DNA from: Oligoflexales bacterium
GTDB lineage: Bacteria; Bdellovibrionota_B; Oligoflexia; Oligoflexales; Bog-1112
Length of the DNA: 64,000 nucleotides
Assembly (NCBI GenBank): GCA_045106415.1
Contig: JBGCEP010000043.1
Span: 9,630 to 73,629, forward strand
Reading direction: 5' to 3'
Shown: one piece after another, positions 38,173-47,086 of the stretch
Position numbering within the stretch: position 1 is the stretch's first letter
Layout: each line of letters opens with the position of its first letter
The notes under the pieces: model-generated
Database searches by the model: none
What the model saw: only the letters and a program-made list of their open reading frames with translations
What the model was told of the DNA's origin: nothing
Position numbers and translations under genes: made by a program

Positions 38173-39231
38173 ATGAATTCTTCTCAAGAAAAATCTCTAA
38201 TTCAAGCAGCATACGGGCACACAACTTCTCGTACCCCCATATGGTTTCTCAGGCAGGCTGGGCGATATTTGCCTGAATATCAAGAAATACGCGCACAAAT
38301 GTCTTTTTTAGAACTTTGCCGTGATCCACAAAAAGCCGCTGAAGTCACCTTACAACCTTTACTGCGATTTGATTTAGATGCTGCTATCATTTTCTCTGAC
38401 ATTTTGATCCCCCCAACCGTCATGGGCCAAGATCTCACTTTTGACAAAGGGCATGGTCCTCGACTGGCTCCCCCTATCCGCAGCGCAGAAGATGTTAAAA
38501 ATTTAAAAATCGGTGATATTCCTGAAGAATTATCCTATGTCGGACAAGCTATTAAGGAAACAAAAAAAGGTTTAAAACCTCACCAAACCATGATTGGCTT
38601 TGCTGGAGCTCCTTTCACCGTTGCAAGCTATATGATTGAGGGCGCTGGTAGCAAAAACTATACGCATGTCAAAGAAATGATGTTTGGCCAACCTAAAGCA
38701 TTTAGCCAACTACTCGATCAACTTGTTGCTACAACTATTGAATACCTTGAAATGCAAATCTCTTTCGGAGCTGAGACAGTCATGCTTTTCGATAGCTGGG
38801 CAGGCAATCTCAGCGATGCTGATTACCGACAATGGATTGTGCCCACAATTTCAAAACTAGCAAAACAAATCACCAGCGTTCCTGTTATTTACTACCCAGG
38901 ACAGCACCATATTGATGCACTTGAAGGACTCGAAGGTGTTGACGTTGTTGCGATCGATTGGCGTTACAACCTTCCAAACGCTGTCGAAACATTAAAAAAT
39001 CAAAAGCTTGATGTCAGCATCCAAGGAAATCTTGATCCACAAGTCCTTATGGCTTCTGAGAGCGTCATCCAAGAAAAGGTTCGAGCTATTCTCCAACAAG
39101 GAGAAAATGCCCGGGGGCACATCTTTAATGTCGGACATGGTTTACTCCCACACATTCCACCTCAAGGTCTTAAAACAGCGATTGCTGAGATTCGAAAATG
39201 GGATCAAGAAAAATACAAGCAGCTGAAATAA
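38173..39231 (+). CDS. hemE: uroporphyrinogen decarboxylase
   Basis: PIWFLRQAGRYLPEY, DAAIIFSDIL, IGFAGAPFTVASYMIEG, QGNLDP, FNVGHG. Confidence 0.97.
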   Translation: MNSSQEKSLIQAAYGHTTSRTPIWFLRQAGRYLPEYQEIRAQMSFLELCRDPQKAAEVTLQPLLRFDLDAAIIFSDILIPPTVMGQDLTFDKGHGPRLAPPIRSAEDVKNLKIGDIPEELSYVGQAIKETKKGLKPHQTMIGFAGAPFTVASYMIEGAGSKNYTHVKEMMFGQPKAFSQLLDQLVATTIEYLEMQISFGAETVMLFDSWAGNLSDADYRQWIVPTISKLAKQITSVPVIYYPGQHHIDALEGLEGVDVVAIDWRYNLPNAVETLKNQKLDVSIQGNLDPQVLMASESVIQEKVRAILQQGENARGHIFNVGHGLLPHIPPQGLKTAIAEIRKWDQEKYKQLK

Positions 39232-39261
39232 AAGATTTTTTATTAGATTTCAAAAGCTTTT

Positions 39262-39301
39262 CTCAAGCTCTTCCTCCGAGATCCGAAATAGGTCTCGGAG
39301 G
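39262..39301 (+). promoter_or_regulatory. sigma28-like promoter embedded in an inverted repeat
   Basis: CTCAAG-N14-TCCGAAAT; arms CCTCCGAGA (39273-81) and TCTCGGAGG (39293-301) flank the -10-like element. Confidence 0.45.
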
Positions 39302-39310
39302 TTAGAGGTT

Positions 39311-40156
39311 ATGGTCTATAAAAAGTTAGCACTCCTGTGCGCACCGGTCATTTATATCACTTTAAGCTGTAGTTCAAGCGAGAGCGAGCCTCCAGTGGTT
39401 CCACTTGATCCTCTCACAGCATCTATGTCTCTTCCTATGGACATGCAAACACCCCTTCCTCAACTAACATCTCAGTGGCTTTACAAGAGCATGACGAGAA
39501 AAGGCCTCACTTCTTTTGGGGGAAACCCATCCCCGGAAATACAAGTCGAGTGCCACTTACAAGATTCGGATACTCCTTGCTACTTCAGTTCTCAATTTAA
39601 CGAACTGCAAAAATTTCCAGAAAGTATTACAGAGCATCTATACAATTCAATGAGAGAGATGCGAGCCGACCTAGGTTCACACGGGATCATCACAGCCTCT
39701 ATTCAATGCTCTGCTCTTGAGCCCCATGACCCACCCTATGAGCTTGAGAAAGTCACCTGTTCAGTCTTAAAAACAAGGCACCCTCGAGAGCATTTTTTAA
39801 ACTCTGAGGTATCTGTCCATCTCACTGATAGCTTAATCGGAAATCACCCTTACCCAGATCAAGGTGTCTTAACAGGTTCTTTACGCTGCTGGTGGAATGA
39901 GTTAGATCGACCTCGTTGTCTTACTCGTAAAGCGCCTAGCAATAAAGTCTCTGCTATTCCTCACATGTTGAGCAATGAGCTAGGAGAAGAGCTCTTATTT
40001 CTAGAAAAAAGGACATATGGTATGCAAAATCACGTAAAAGATAATGACAAACAACTCGTTGCAGATCTTTATTGCGAAATTGATAATAGGCCTGCTAAAA
40101 AGAATCAACCTAGAAAAAGTTTATGCCGTATTCAGATGACTAATTTTAAAGGATAA
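39311..40156 (+). CDS. lipoprotein with four Cys-pair repeats
   Basis: Lipobox TLSC; four helix/strand-Cys..Cys units (see findings). Confidence 0.7.
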   Translation: MVYKKLALLCAPVIYITLSCSSSESEPPVVPLDPLTASMSLPMDMQTPLPQLTSQWLYKSMTRKGLTSFGGNPSPEIQVECHLQDSDTPCYFSSQFNELQKFPESITEHLYNSMREMRADLGSHGIITASIQCSALEPHDPPYELEKVTCSVLKTRHPREHFLNSEVSVHLTDSLIGNHPYPDQGVLTGSLRCWWNELDRPRCLTRKAPSNKVSAIPHMLSNELGEELLFLEKRTYGMQNHVKDNDKQLVADLYCEIDNRPAKKNQPRKSLCRIQMTNFKG

Positions 40157-40205
40157 AAACAGCGGTAACCGTTCACATCTTTCCATAAAAACCACAGGAC
40201 CGTTC

Positions 40206-41483
40206 TCACAAATAACCGCACGCCTTTGCATCAAACTCTAAATTTTCGCGATGTGAAGGATGTGCAATTCGAATCATTGCTCTTGCACGGTCTCTAATAC
40301 TCAATCCACGGAGTGCAGCAACCCCATACTCTGTGATGATGGTATCTACATCATTACGGCTCACGCTTACTTTAGCACCTGCTTGTAAAGTTACAGTTAT
40401 CTTCGATCTACCTTTTCGTGTTTGCGAACGCATAGCAATGATAGCTCGGCCATCCGAAGACAATTGAGCTCCAATGTGTGTGTCAGCAGCACCGCCAACT
40501 CCGCTTAACTCAAGGTGACCAATCGATTCTGAACACACCTGTCCTGTGACATCAACTTCTATAGCCGAGTTCACTGAGCACATACGATGATTACGGCCGA
40601 TACGATATGGATCATTCACCACTGAAGCTGGATGAAGTTCGACGCCAGGATTACGATCTACAAAGCGATAAAGCTCCGCACTCCCGTATGCAAACGATCC
40701 AACAATACGCTCAGGCCATAAACTTTTCTGAGAGCCATCGATAGCCCCACTTAGCATAAGCTGCATCATTGTGTCATTAATCATTTCTGTATGAACACCA
40801 AGGTTCTGATGGTTTTTCAAAGACTTCGTTAAAGCATTAGGAATAGCTCCTATGCCAAGCTGAAGAGTAGCTCCATGCGGAATCAAATCAGCAATACGTT
40901 CTGCAATATCATGATCAACTTGTTGTGGTTCTTCTAGCTCTAAAGTTGGAATTTCGTGTTGTGATTCAATCAAACCATCAACATAATCTAAACTTACTGC
41001 TGTGGAACCATAGGTAAACGGCACAGATTCATTCATTTCGAGAAAGACTTTTTTTGCCTTCTTCAAAAGCTCATACTCGTAACAAACACTCGTCCCTAAA
41101 CTTACATATCCTTTTTTATCCGGATAAGAACACGTCCCCCAAAAGATATCAGGAGGATTCGAAGCGGTAAGGTTTCTCACCCACTGAGAAAGATTCTGAG
41201 GTACATATTGAATATGAGATTTCTTCTGATGAAACCTTACAGAAGGCGTTAAAAACATAGGCAACACCTCAACCTGACTTAAATCCCAGGATGAAGAAAA
41301 AATAGGGTATGCTTGCGAAGGGTTTGCACAGTAAATTTTAATATTTTTTAAGTGTTCGCATCGACGATGAATTGCATGGTAAAAACTTTGAGGTTCAGCT
41401 GCTGCCATAGCTGTTATAATAATATCACCACTTCTTATACTATGTAGAGCTTCTTCAACATCCATCATCTTCGCTGCATGCAC
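40206..41483 (-). CDS. acetyl-CoA hydrolase/transferase (4-hydroxybutyrate CoA-transferase family)
   Basis: GATLQLGIGAIPN, LGVHTEM, NSAIEVDVTGQV, SGVGG..D, ITEYGVA.LRG, IAHP. Confidence 0.92.
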   Translation of the reverse strand: MHAAKMMDVEEALHSIRSGDIIITAMAAAEPQSFYHAIHRRCEHLKNIKIYCANPSQAYPIFSSSWDLSQVEVLPMFLTPSVRFHQKKSHIQYVPQNLSQWVRNLTASNPPDIFWGTCSYPDKKGYVSLGTSVCYEYELLKKAKKVFLEMNESVPFTYGSTAVSLDYVDGLIESQHEIPTLELEEPQQVDHDIAERIADLIPHGATLQLGIGAIPNALTKSLKNHQNLGVHTEMINDTMMQLMLSGAIDGSQKSLWPERIVGSFAYGSAELYRFVDRNPGVELHPASVVNDPYRIGRNHRMCSVNSAIEVDVTGQVCSESIGHLELSGVGGAADTHIGAQLSSDGRAIIAMRSQTRKGRSKITVTLQAGAKVSVSRNDVDTIITEYGVAALRGLSIRDRARAMIRIAHPSHRENLEFDAKACGYL

Positions 41484-41492
41484 TCTTGACTC

Positions 41493-42920
41493 CTAAAACT
41501 CATGACTTGGAAACGAAGCTCTTATCGCACTTTGAATTTCATTCCAAATTTTTAAATACTCGCTGTTATGTTCCTCTACAGGATACAAAAAAATATCAGG
41601 AATATCCAAAGAATGCTCACAAGAAGCGCATAATCTTTTATCAGAACCCCGATAAAAACAAATGCTTTCTCCGACATCTTTTCCCCGCGAAAAAGAAACC
41701 AAATATTTATCTATATTTTTTTTATATAAATTTTCTCTCAAAGTTGACATAATTTTTTTTTCAATAACCGGATATATTTGCACAGACTGTATCCGGGATG
41801 TCTTCAAAAGTTTTATTTGATCATAATACTGATGTTCATTTAAAGGATGATAAGATCTTTGTGCATTTAATCTTCTTATTCCAAAACCAAACGTATACCA
41901 CTCTAAAGTTTGAACAATATCTCCATGCTCTCTTCGTTCTATATTTGTCGTTTTTTCAAGTGACTTTAATGATCCATACAACCAACAGCGCAAAGACAGC
42001 ATCCAAAACCGTTGAAAGAATAATTGACGAGCTCTATTTCCTCTTAAAGTGGATCTTTTCTCCCTTCTATCCTTTGCTATAGCGTCAATGAACATCATTT
42101 TCACACACAAAAGAACATTCTTCTTATCCAATGATGCTAACCATTTATGAGCATCAGGTTGACTTAATGCTTTTTGTATAGATTGCTGCATACCATTTAT
42201 AGAATAAATATTATGATCAAGTATAAAGAAACAACCAAATTCTTCTTCTAAAAATTTCATAAGATATGTCAATCCATAATAGTCACTTCTTTTATATAAA
42301 ATTTTAGCTTGTTCAAAAGATAGATCATCAACACGATCGATTCTTCCTTCGTTCTCGATGAAATTATAAATCCATTTAAAAATTTTTTTATCAATTATTT
42401 TTTTTGAAACAATAACTCTTTTTTCATCATCATGCGGTATTTCAAACCGAGTATTAAGCAACATCACTTGTAAAGCAGAAAAACACACACAAGGATGCAA
42501 CAACATATCAACGTCAAGTTCGTACACATCGTCACAAACTTTAAACACAATAGTTTCATCACTCTGAAACGATTCAATATGATTGACTAATACTTCAAAT
42601 GATTCTTCTAACTCAAGAAGTTCTTTCTTTTTTTCAGAGCAAGCCCGCTGAAGATCCTGCAAACGCAATTCCCCGAGTTTTAATGAATCTTCAATTTTTC
42701 TTACCATAGAAAAGCATTTCGATGAGCATTCTGCTTCTTTCTCAACACTTAAGCTTTGAATTTTTTTCTGTGCTTTTAAGCTATATTCATCGATTGACTT
42801 TTTAAGTTCCAGTTCTCTTTCTGCATATTGCTGTGCAAATTGTCCTGATTTTCCAAAAAGAAAAACTCCATATAACGGAGACGCACAAAAAAAAGTTATA
42901 AATACCCACTTGAGCATCAA
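41493..42920 (-). CDS. secreted coiled-coil protein with a KCTD/T1-type BTB/POZ-like domain
   Basis: Signal peptide; coiled coil; IVFKV...Y...RFEIPHDDEKRVIV...IFKWIYNFI...LYKRSDYYGLTYLMKFL; visibly AT-rich. Confidence 0.6.
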   Translation of the reverse strand: MMLKWVFITFFCASPLYGVFLFGKSGQFAQQYAERELELKKSIDEYSLKAQKKIQSLSVEKEAECSSKCFSMVRKIEDSLKLGELRLQDLQRACSEKKKELLELEESFEVLVNHIESFQSDETIVFKVCDDVYELDVDMLLHPCVCFSALQVMLLNTRFEIPHDDEKRVIVSKKIIDKKIFKWIYNFIENEGRIDRVDDLSFEQAKILYKRSDYYGLTYLMKFLEEEFGCFFILDHNIYSINGMQQSIQKALSQPDAHKWLASLDKKNVLLCVKMMFIDAIAKDRREKRSTLRGNRARQLFFQRFWMLSLRCWLYGSLKSLEKTTNIERREHGDIVQTLEWYTFGFGIRRLNAQRSYHPLNEHQYYDQIKLLKTSRIQSVQIYPVIEKKIMSTLRENLYKKNIDKYLVSFSRGKDVGESICFYRGSDKRLCASCEHSLDIPDIFLYPVEEHNSEYLKIWNEIQSAIRASFPSHEF

Positions 42921-43220
42921 ATTTCTCCAGAATTCATCACAGTATCATTCAGTATAGATACCATTCAAAAAAGGCTATGACACTCAAAAAAAAGAAAGAC
43001 TTAAGACCCATCATACATGAATGAAAAAAATCAATTCGGCAGAGAATTTTTCAAAAACTTAAAAAATATTTATTTCGCAATATCAAAAAATGCAGATGAT
43101 TTTTAAAAAACACCTGATATTCAAATCGTTTTACAATAATTTTGAATAGAAACAGTGAAAAATATCCCAATACCTTCTATAACTATGAATGATTAAAATA
43201 TTTATGATTTGGGTAATGTT

Positions 43221-44837
43221 ATGAAATCAAAGATCCGACGTGTCCTCACTGTCGTCATGGATGGTGTTGGGCTCTCCCCGCATCGATTTGGAAATGCTGT
43301 CGCTTGTGCATATACACCAACGATGGATGCTCTTATTCAATCACATTTGACGACTCAGTTATTCGCCCATGGCTCTTGGGTTGGATTACCAAGCAATCAA
43401 GATATTGGAAATAGTGAAGTCGGACACAACGCACTAGGAAGCGGTCAAACAATTGAACAAGGCGCCTCACTTATTAACACAGCTTTTAAAGATGGATCTT
43501 TATTTGCAGGAAAAACTTGGAAAAAAGCTGTTTCTTACGCCAAAGAACACAAAGGGTCTCTTCATTTTCTGGGGCTATTATCTGACGGAAATGTTCATAG
43601 TCACGAGCAACACCTCGCTCATTTGATTGAAGAAGCCTTTAAAGAAAAACTACCGATTCGAGTCCATATTCTTACCGATGGCCGTGATGTCGCAGATCCC
43701 TCAGCAGAAATCTACATTACAAAGCTCGAAATGCAGCTCAAAAAAATTCGTGATCTCGGCGGAGATGCCGCAATAGCTTCTGGCGGCGGGCGTATGGCAA
43801 TGACTATGGATCGCTATAATGCAGACTGGGAGATGGTTCGAAAAGGTTGGATGACTCATGTCCACGGTGAAGCAGAACGTTTCCCTGATGCTTCATCTGC
43901 CTTAAAATTTTTCCGTAACCAAGGTTTCAGCGATCAGAACCTACCACCTTTTGTTATACATGACGCAAAAGGTCCTGTAGGAAAAATAAAGAGTGGTGAC
44001 AGTGTTATTCTTTTTAATTTTCGAGGTGATCGAGCCATTCAGATTTGTAATACCTTTGAAAAAACAGAATTTGAACATTTTGACAGATCTTCTCACCCCA
44101 AAGTTTTTTTTGCAGGCATGATGCAGTACGACGGAGATGACAACATCCCTAAAAACTACCTTGTCTCACCACCCATGATTGAAAAACCTCTAAGCGAACA
44201 CCTAGCTCATCAAGGGATTCGTCAATTTGCCTGTAGTGAGACTCAAAAATATGGTCACGTTACTTATTTCTGGAACGGTAATCGATCTGGCTACTTTGAT
44301 AAAAAAATCGAAAATTACACTGAAATTCTCTCTGATCACCCTTCAGAATTCCATCTACGACCATGGATGAAAGCTGTTGAAATCACCAACACAACTATTA
44401 AAGCTATGGAACAAAATCAATTCGATTGTGGACGTATCAATTATGCAAATGGGGATATGGTTGGGCACACAGGAAATTTTGAAAGCGCAGTTCTAGCTGT
44501 ACAAATTATCGATCAACAACTTCAGCGCTTAATAGAGGCAGCACGAAAAACACAAACAACATTAATCATAACCGCAGATCATGGCAACTGTGATGAAATG
44601 TTTATCACACAGGACAGCTCAAAATACCCTCTTTGGGAAAGTGGACAACAACGCCCTCCCGCAAAAACCTCACACACACTATCAAAAGTTCCTCTCTGGA
44701 TCGTGCACCCAAAGAATGATGATTGGTCTCTTCGGCAAGAAAAATGCTGTTTAGCGAACGTTGCCAACACAATACTTGAATGCATGGGACTCTCAGCTGA
44801 TCCCTCCTATGAGGAAAGCCTTCTAAAAAGAAAGTAA
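43221..44837 (+). CDS. gpmI: 2,3-BPG-independent phosphoglycerate mutase
   Basis: VMDGVG, GNSEVGH, GLLSDGNVHS, DGRD, NFRGDRA, ETQKYGHVTYF, DMVGHTG, TADHGN. Confidence 0.97.
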   Translation: MKSKIRRVLTVVMDGVGLSPHRFGNAVACAYTPTMDALIQSHLTTQLFAHGSWVGLPSNQDIGNSEVGHNALGSGQTIEQGASLINTAFKDGSLFAGKTWKKAVSYAKEHKGSLHFLGLLSDGNVHSHEQHLAHLIEEAFKEKLPIRVHILTDGRDVADPSAEIYITKLEMQLKKIRDLGGDAAIASGGGRMAMTMDRYNADWEMVRKGWMTHVHGEAERFPDASSALKFFRNQGFSDQNLPPFVIHDAKGPVGKIKSGDSVILFNFRGDRAIQICNTFEKTEFEHFDRSSHPKVFFAGMMQYDGDDNIPKNYLVSPPMIEKPLSEHLAHQGIRQFACSETQKYGHVTYFWNGNRSGYFDKKIENYTEILSDHPSEFHLRPWMKAVEITNTTIKAMEQNQFDCGRINYANGDMVGHTGNFESAVLAVQIIDQQLQRLIEAARKTQTTLIITADHGNCDEMFITQDSSKYPLWESGQQRPPAKTSHTLSKVPLWIVHPKNDDWSLRQEKCCLANVANTILECMGLSADPSYEESLLKRK

Positions 44838-44843
44838 ATAATC

Positions 44844-45647
44844 ATGACACCAGTATCGCAAGCACTTGAGAGTTTCCAACAGACTATCTCACAACTTCGT
44901 TCTAAAGATGGATGCCCATGGATCAAAAGCCAAGACCATCTCTCTCTCAGAAAGTTTCTACTTGAAGAAACTTATGAAGTTTTACACGAAATTAACGAAC
45001 AACGTTACGATAGCAGCTTATGTCATGAACTTGGCGACCTTCTTTTACAGGTAGTTCTCCATGCTCACATTGCTTCAGAAAACAACCGCTTCACATTAAA
45101 GGACGTCATCGAATCGATTGAGCATAAAATGCGACACCGTAACCCTCACGTCTTCGAGAAAAAGCAAAAACTAACAATAGAAGAAGTTCATCAACAATGG
45201 GAAAAAATAAAAATGGAAGAACAACACTTCAACACGTCAAAAATTAAAAACAGTCTGCAAAAAATTTCTTCCTACGGCCCAGCAACATTGCAGGCAGAAA
45301 AAATTGGGGATAAAGCCAAAGAGCTCAATTTTGACTGGTCACACGTAAACCAAGTGATTGATAAACTTCAAGAGGAGCTAAATGAAGTCAAAGATGCACT
45401 CCAAACTGGAAATATGAAACACACACAAGAAGAGATTGGCGACCTCTACTTCACAATCGCACAGGTCTGTAGACACCTGAATTTCGATCCTGAAGACACA
45501 GCTAAAAAAGGGAATATAAAATTTCTAAAGAGATTTCAAAAACTGCAAGAACTGGCAGAAAAGGCGAACATTAATCTAAAACATTCAACACAATCTGAAC
45601 TTGAAACTTTTTGGTTAGAAGCAAAAAAACAAGAAACGCAACATTAA
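44844..45647 (+). CDS. mazG: nucleoside triphosphate pyrophosphohydrolase MazG
   Basis: LR..DGCPW..Q, EETYEV, ELGDLLLQVVLH, RNPHVF, FDW, EEIGDL. Confidence 0.95.
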   Translation: MTPVSQALESFQQTISQLRSKDGCPWIKSQDHLSLRKFLLEETYEVLHEINEQRYDSSLCHELGDLLLQVVLHAHIASENNRFTLKDVIESIEHKMRHRNPHVFEKKQKLTIEEVHQQWEKIKMEEQHFNTSKIKNSLQKISSYGPATLQAEKIGDKAKELNFDWSHVNQVIDKLQEELNEVKDALQTGNMKHTQEEIGDLYFTIAQVCRHLNFDPEDTAKKGNIKFLKRFQKLQELAEKANINLKHSTQSELETFWLEAKKQETQH

Positions 45648-45686
45648 AAAAAGCCTGGTTCTCTATAAAAGAGACCAGGCTTTTTT
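45646..45686. terminator. bidirectional rho-independent terminator
   Basis: A7-GCCTGGT...ACCAGGC-T6 between convergent mazG and rpsT. Confidence 0.8.
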
Positions 45687-45701
45687 CATCTTGAAGAAAG
45701 A

Positions 45702-46046
45702 CTACTTGCGCTTACGCACTTGAGTTTTCTTACGACGAGATGTTGTACTTGCAACTTGCAATTCGCCTTTTTCAGCCTTAACAACCATCTTTGTCAATCG
45801 TGTGACATTACGAGATGCGTTATTACGGTGAATCAAACCCTTTTGAGCAGCACGCTCAAGAAGACTTTGCGCTTGCTTTAAAAGAGAAGAAGCTGTTTGA
45901 ACATCTCCCTCACCTTTAATAATAGCTTCACCTGCTTGACGTACCGACTTCACAACACTACGCATATGGCGTAAGTAACCTTTGTTACGTTGGTTGCGCA
46001 CGATATCTTGACGAGCTCGTTTTTTTGCTGATTTATGATTTGCCAC
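45702..46046 (-). CDS. rpsT: 30S ribosomal protein S20 with a basic C-terminal extension
   Basis: ANHKSAKKRARQ...N, KGLIHRNNASR. Confidence 0.97.
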   Translation of the reverse strand: MANHKSAKKRARQDIVRNQRNKGYLRHMRSVVKSVRQAGEAIIKGEGDVQTASSLLKQAQSLLERAAQKGLIHRNNASRNVTRLTKMVVKAEKGELQVASTTSRRKKTQVRKRK

Positions 46047-46067
46047 TTCAAATCCTCACTGTGATTC

Positions 46068-46184
46068 TTAAGAAGATGCTTTCGCCTGAGAACCTTGCTT
46101 TAAACGCAACAGCTTCTCATGCTTTTTTCGCTGTTGCTTACGGCGGCGCATCTTACGTGTTAGTCTATTATCTCCACGACCCAT
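46068..46184 (-). CDS. 38-aa basic protein with a Thx-like N-terminus, absent from the ORF track
   Basis: MGRGDNRLTRKMRRRKQQRKKHEKLLRLKQGSQAKASS*; GAGGAG RBS; lies between rpmB and rpsT. Confidence 0.75.
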   Translation of the reverse strand: MGRGDNRLTRKMRRRKQQRKKHEKLLRLKQGSQAKASS

Positions 46185-46203
46185 TGTCGCTCTCCTCTAT
46201 TTA

Positions 46204-46434
46204 CTACTTCAGTTTCAAACCGGCTCTGCGAGCGTATGCATCCAAACCCAACTTATCAATCGTACGAATAGCAGCTGCACTCACACGAAGGCTGATAAGA
46301 CGACCAAGATCATCTGACCAAAATCTTTTACGCTGAAGATTTGGTAAAAAACGGTGCTTACTCTTGGTATTAGAGTGAGACACACGGTGCCCACTTTGCA
46401 CACCCTTACCGCTTAATTGGCACACTCTAGACAT
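46204..46434 (-). CDS. rpmB: 50S ribosomal protein L28
   Basis: [10 protein letters not shown]...G..VSHSN...HRFLPNLQ; true start ATG 46434 after GAGGAG. Confidence 0.97.
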   Translation of the reverse strand: MSRVCQLSGKGVQSGHRVSHSNTKSKHRFLPNLQRKRFWSDDLGRLISLRVSAAAIRTIDKLGLDAYARRAGLKLK

Positions 46435-46828
46435 CAGTCTCTCCTCGTTCACTAGATTCAGCGTCAGAACCTTCACGAGACTCTCTCTCGCCTTCTTCTG
46501 AACGTCGAACATTGCCACCACGACGGAAACTAGCCGCTGCAAACGTTTGTGCAACATTTTGCATTTCACCTGAGAAACCACGTTCTGTAACGTGAGCAAC
46601 AGATGGAGCTAAAAGACCTAAGTAACGAGCACGTTTGATTGCAAGTGTAATCTTCGCCTGTTGTGCTTCAGTTGCACCTGAAATACGACGAGGAATAATC
46701 TTACCACGATCAGTTACGAATCGTTTTAAAATCTCTGCCTGCTTATAATCAATAATAAGCCCCGGATCTACAGTGCGCTTTCTGCGCATCAAAAACCGGC
46801 GACGCTTTTTTTTGGCTGATGTTCTCAC
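46427..46828 (-). CDS. rpsR: 30S ribosomal protein S18 (Cys-free, long C-terminal extension)
   Basis: [24 protein letters not shown]....Q......IKRAR.LGLL. Confidence 0.95.
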   Translation of the reverse strand: MRTSAKKKRRRFLMRRKRTVDPGLIIDYKQAEILKRFVTDRGKIIPRRISGATEAQQAKITLAIKRARYLGLLAPSVAHVTERGFSGEMQNVAQTFAAASFRRGGNVRRSEEGERESREGSDAESSERGETDV

Positions 46829-46900
46829 ACATCCCTCCAGTTAATCCTAGGTTGCGCTCTTTTCATCAAGAGCACGGGTTTACAACCCGGTCGAATGGAG
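46829..46900 (-). promoter_or_regulatory. candidate structured ribosomal-protein leader
   Basis: CTCCA (46900-46896) can pair with the SD-containing TGGAG (46839-46835), enclosing hairpins CGGGTT/AACCCG and GCTCTT/AAGAGC. Confidence 0.5.
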
Positions 46901-47086
46901 ACTCATATCCCATCTAGCAACTAATAACAATATATTTTTATAAAAAGCCGCTATAATTGAGCAAATAAGTCAACAGTTGAGCGCCCGTGAGAATTTAAGA
47001 CAATTGCGTCAAAGTCACTACCCCCCGACAAAAGCATCTGGCATGATACACCTCGCTTGATAGCCTCGTTCGACAAGGAGCTTTAT

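Noticed and set aside
43033..43063. sigma28-like promoter for the BTB gene (TAAG-N17-GCCGAA)
   Set aside because: The spacer is longer than in the other instances, so it was not counted in the regulon.
46025..46599. ORF-track calls 46025-46336 (+) and the 131-aa version of rpmB
   Set aside because: The first is antisense to real r-protein genes; the second is an upstream extension running through rpsR. L28 starts at 46434.
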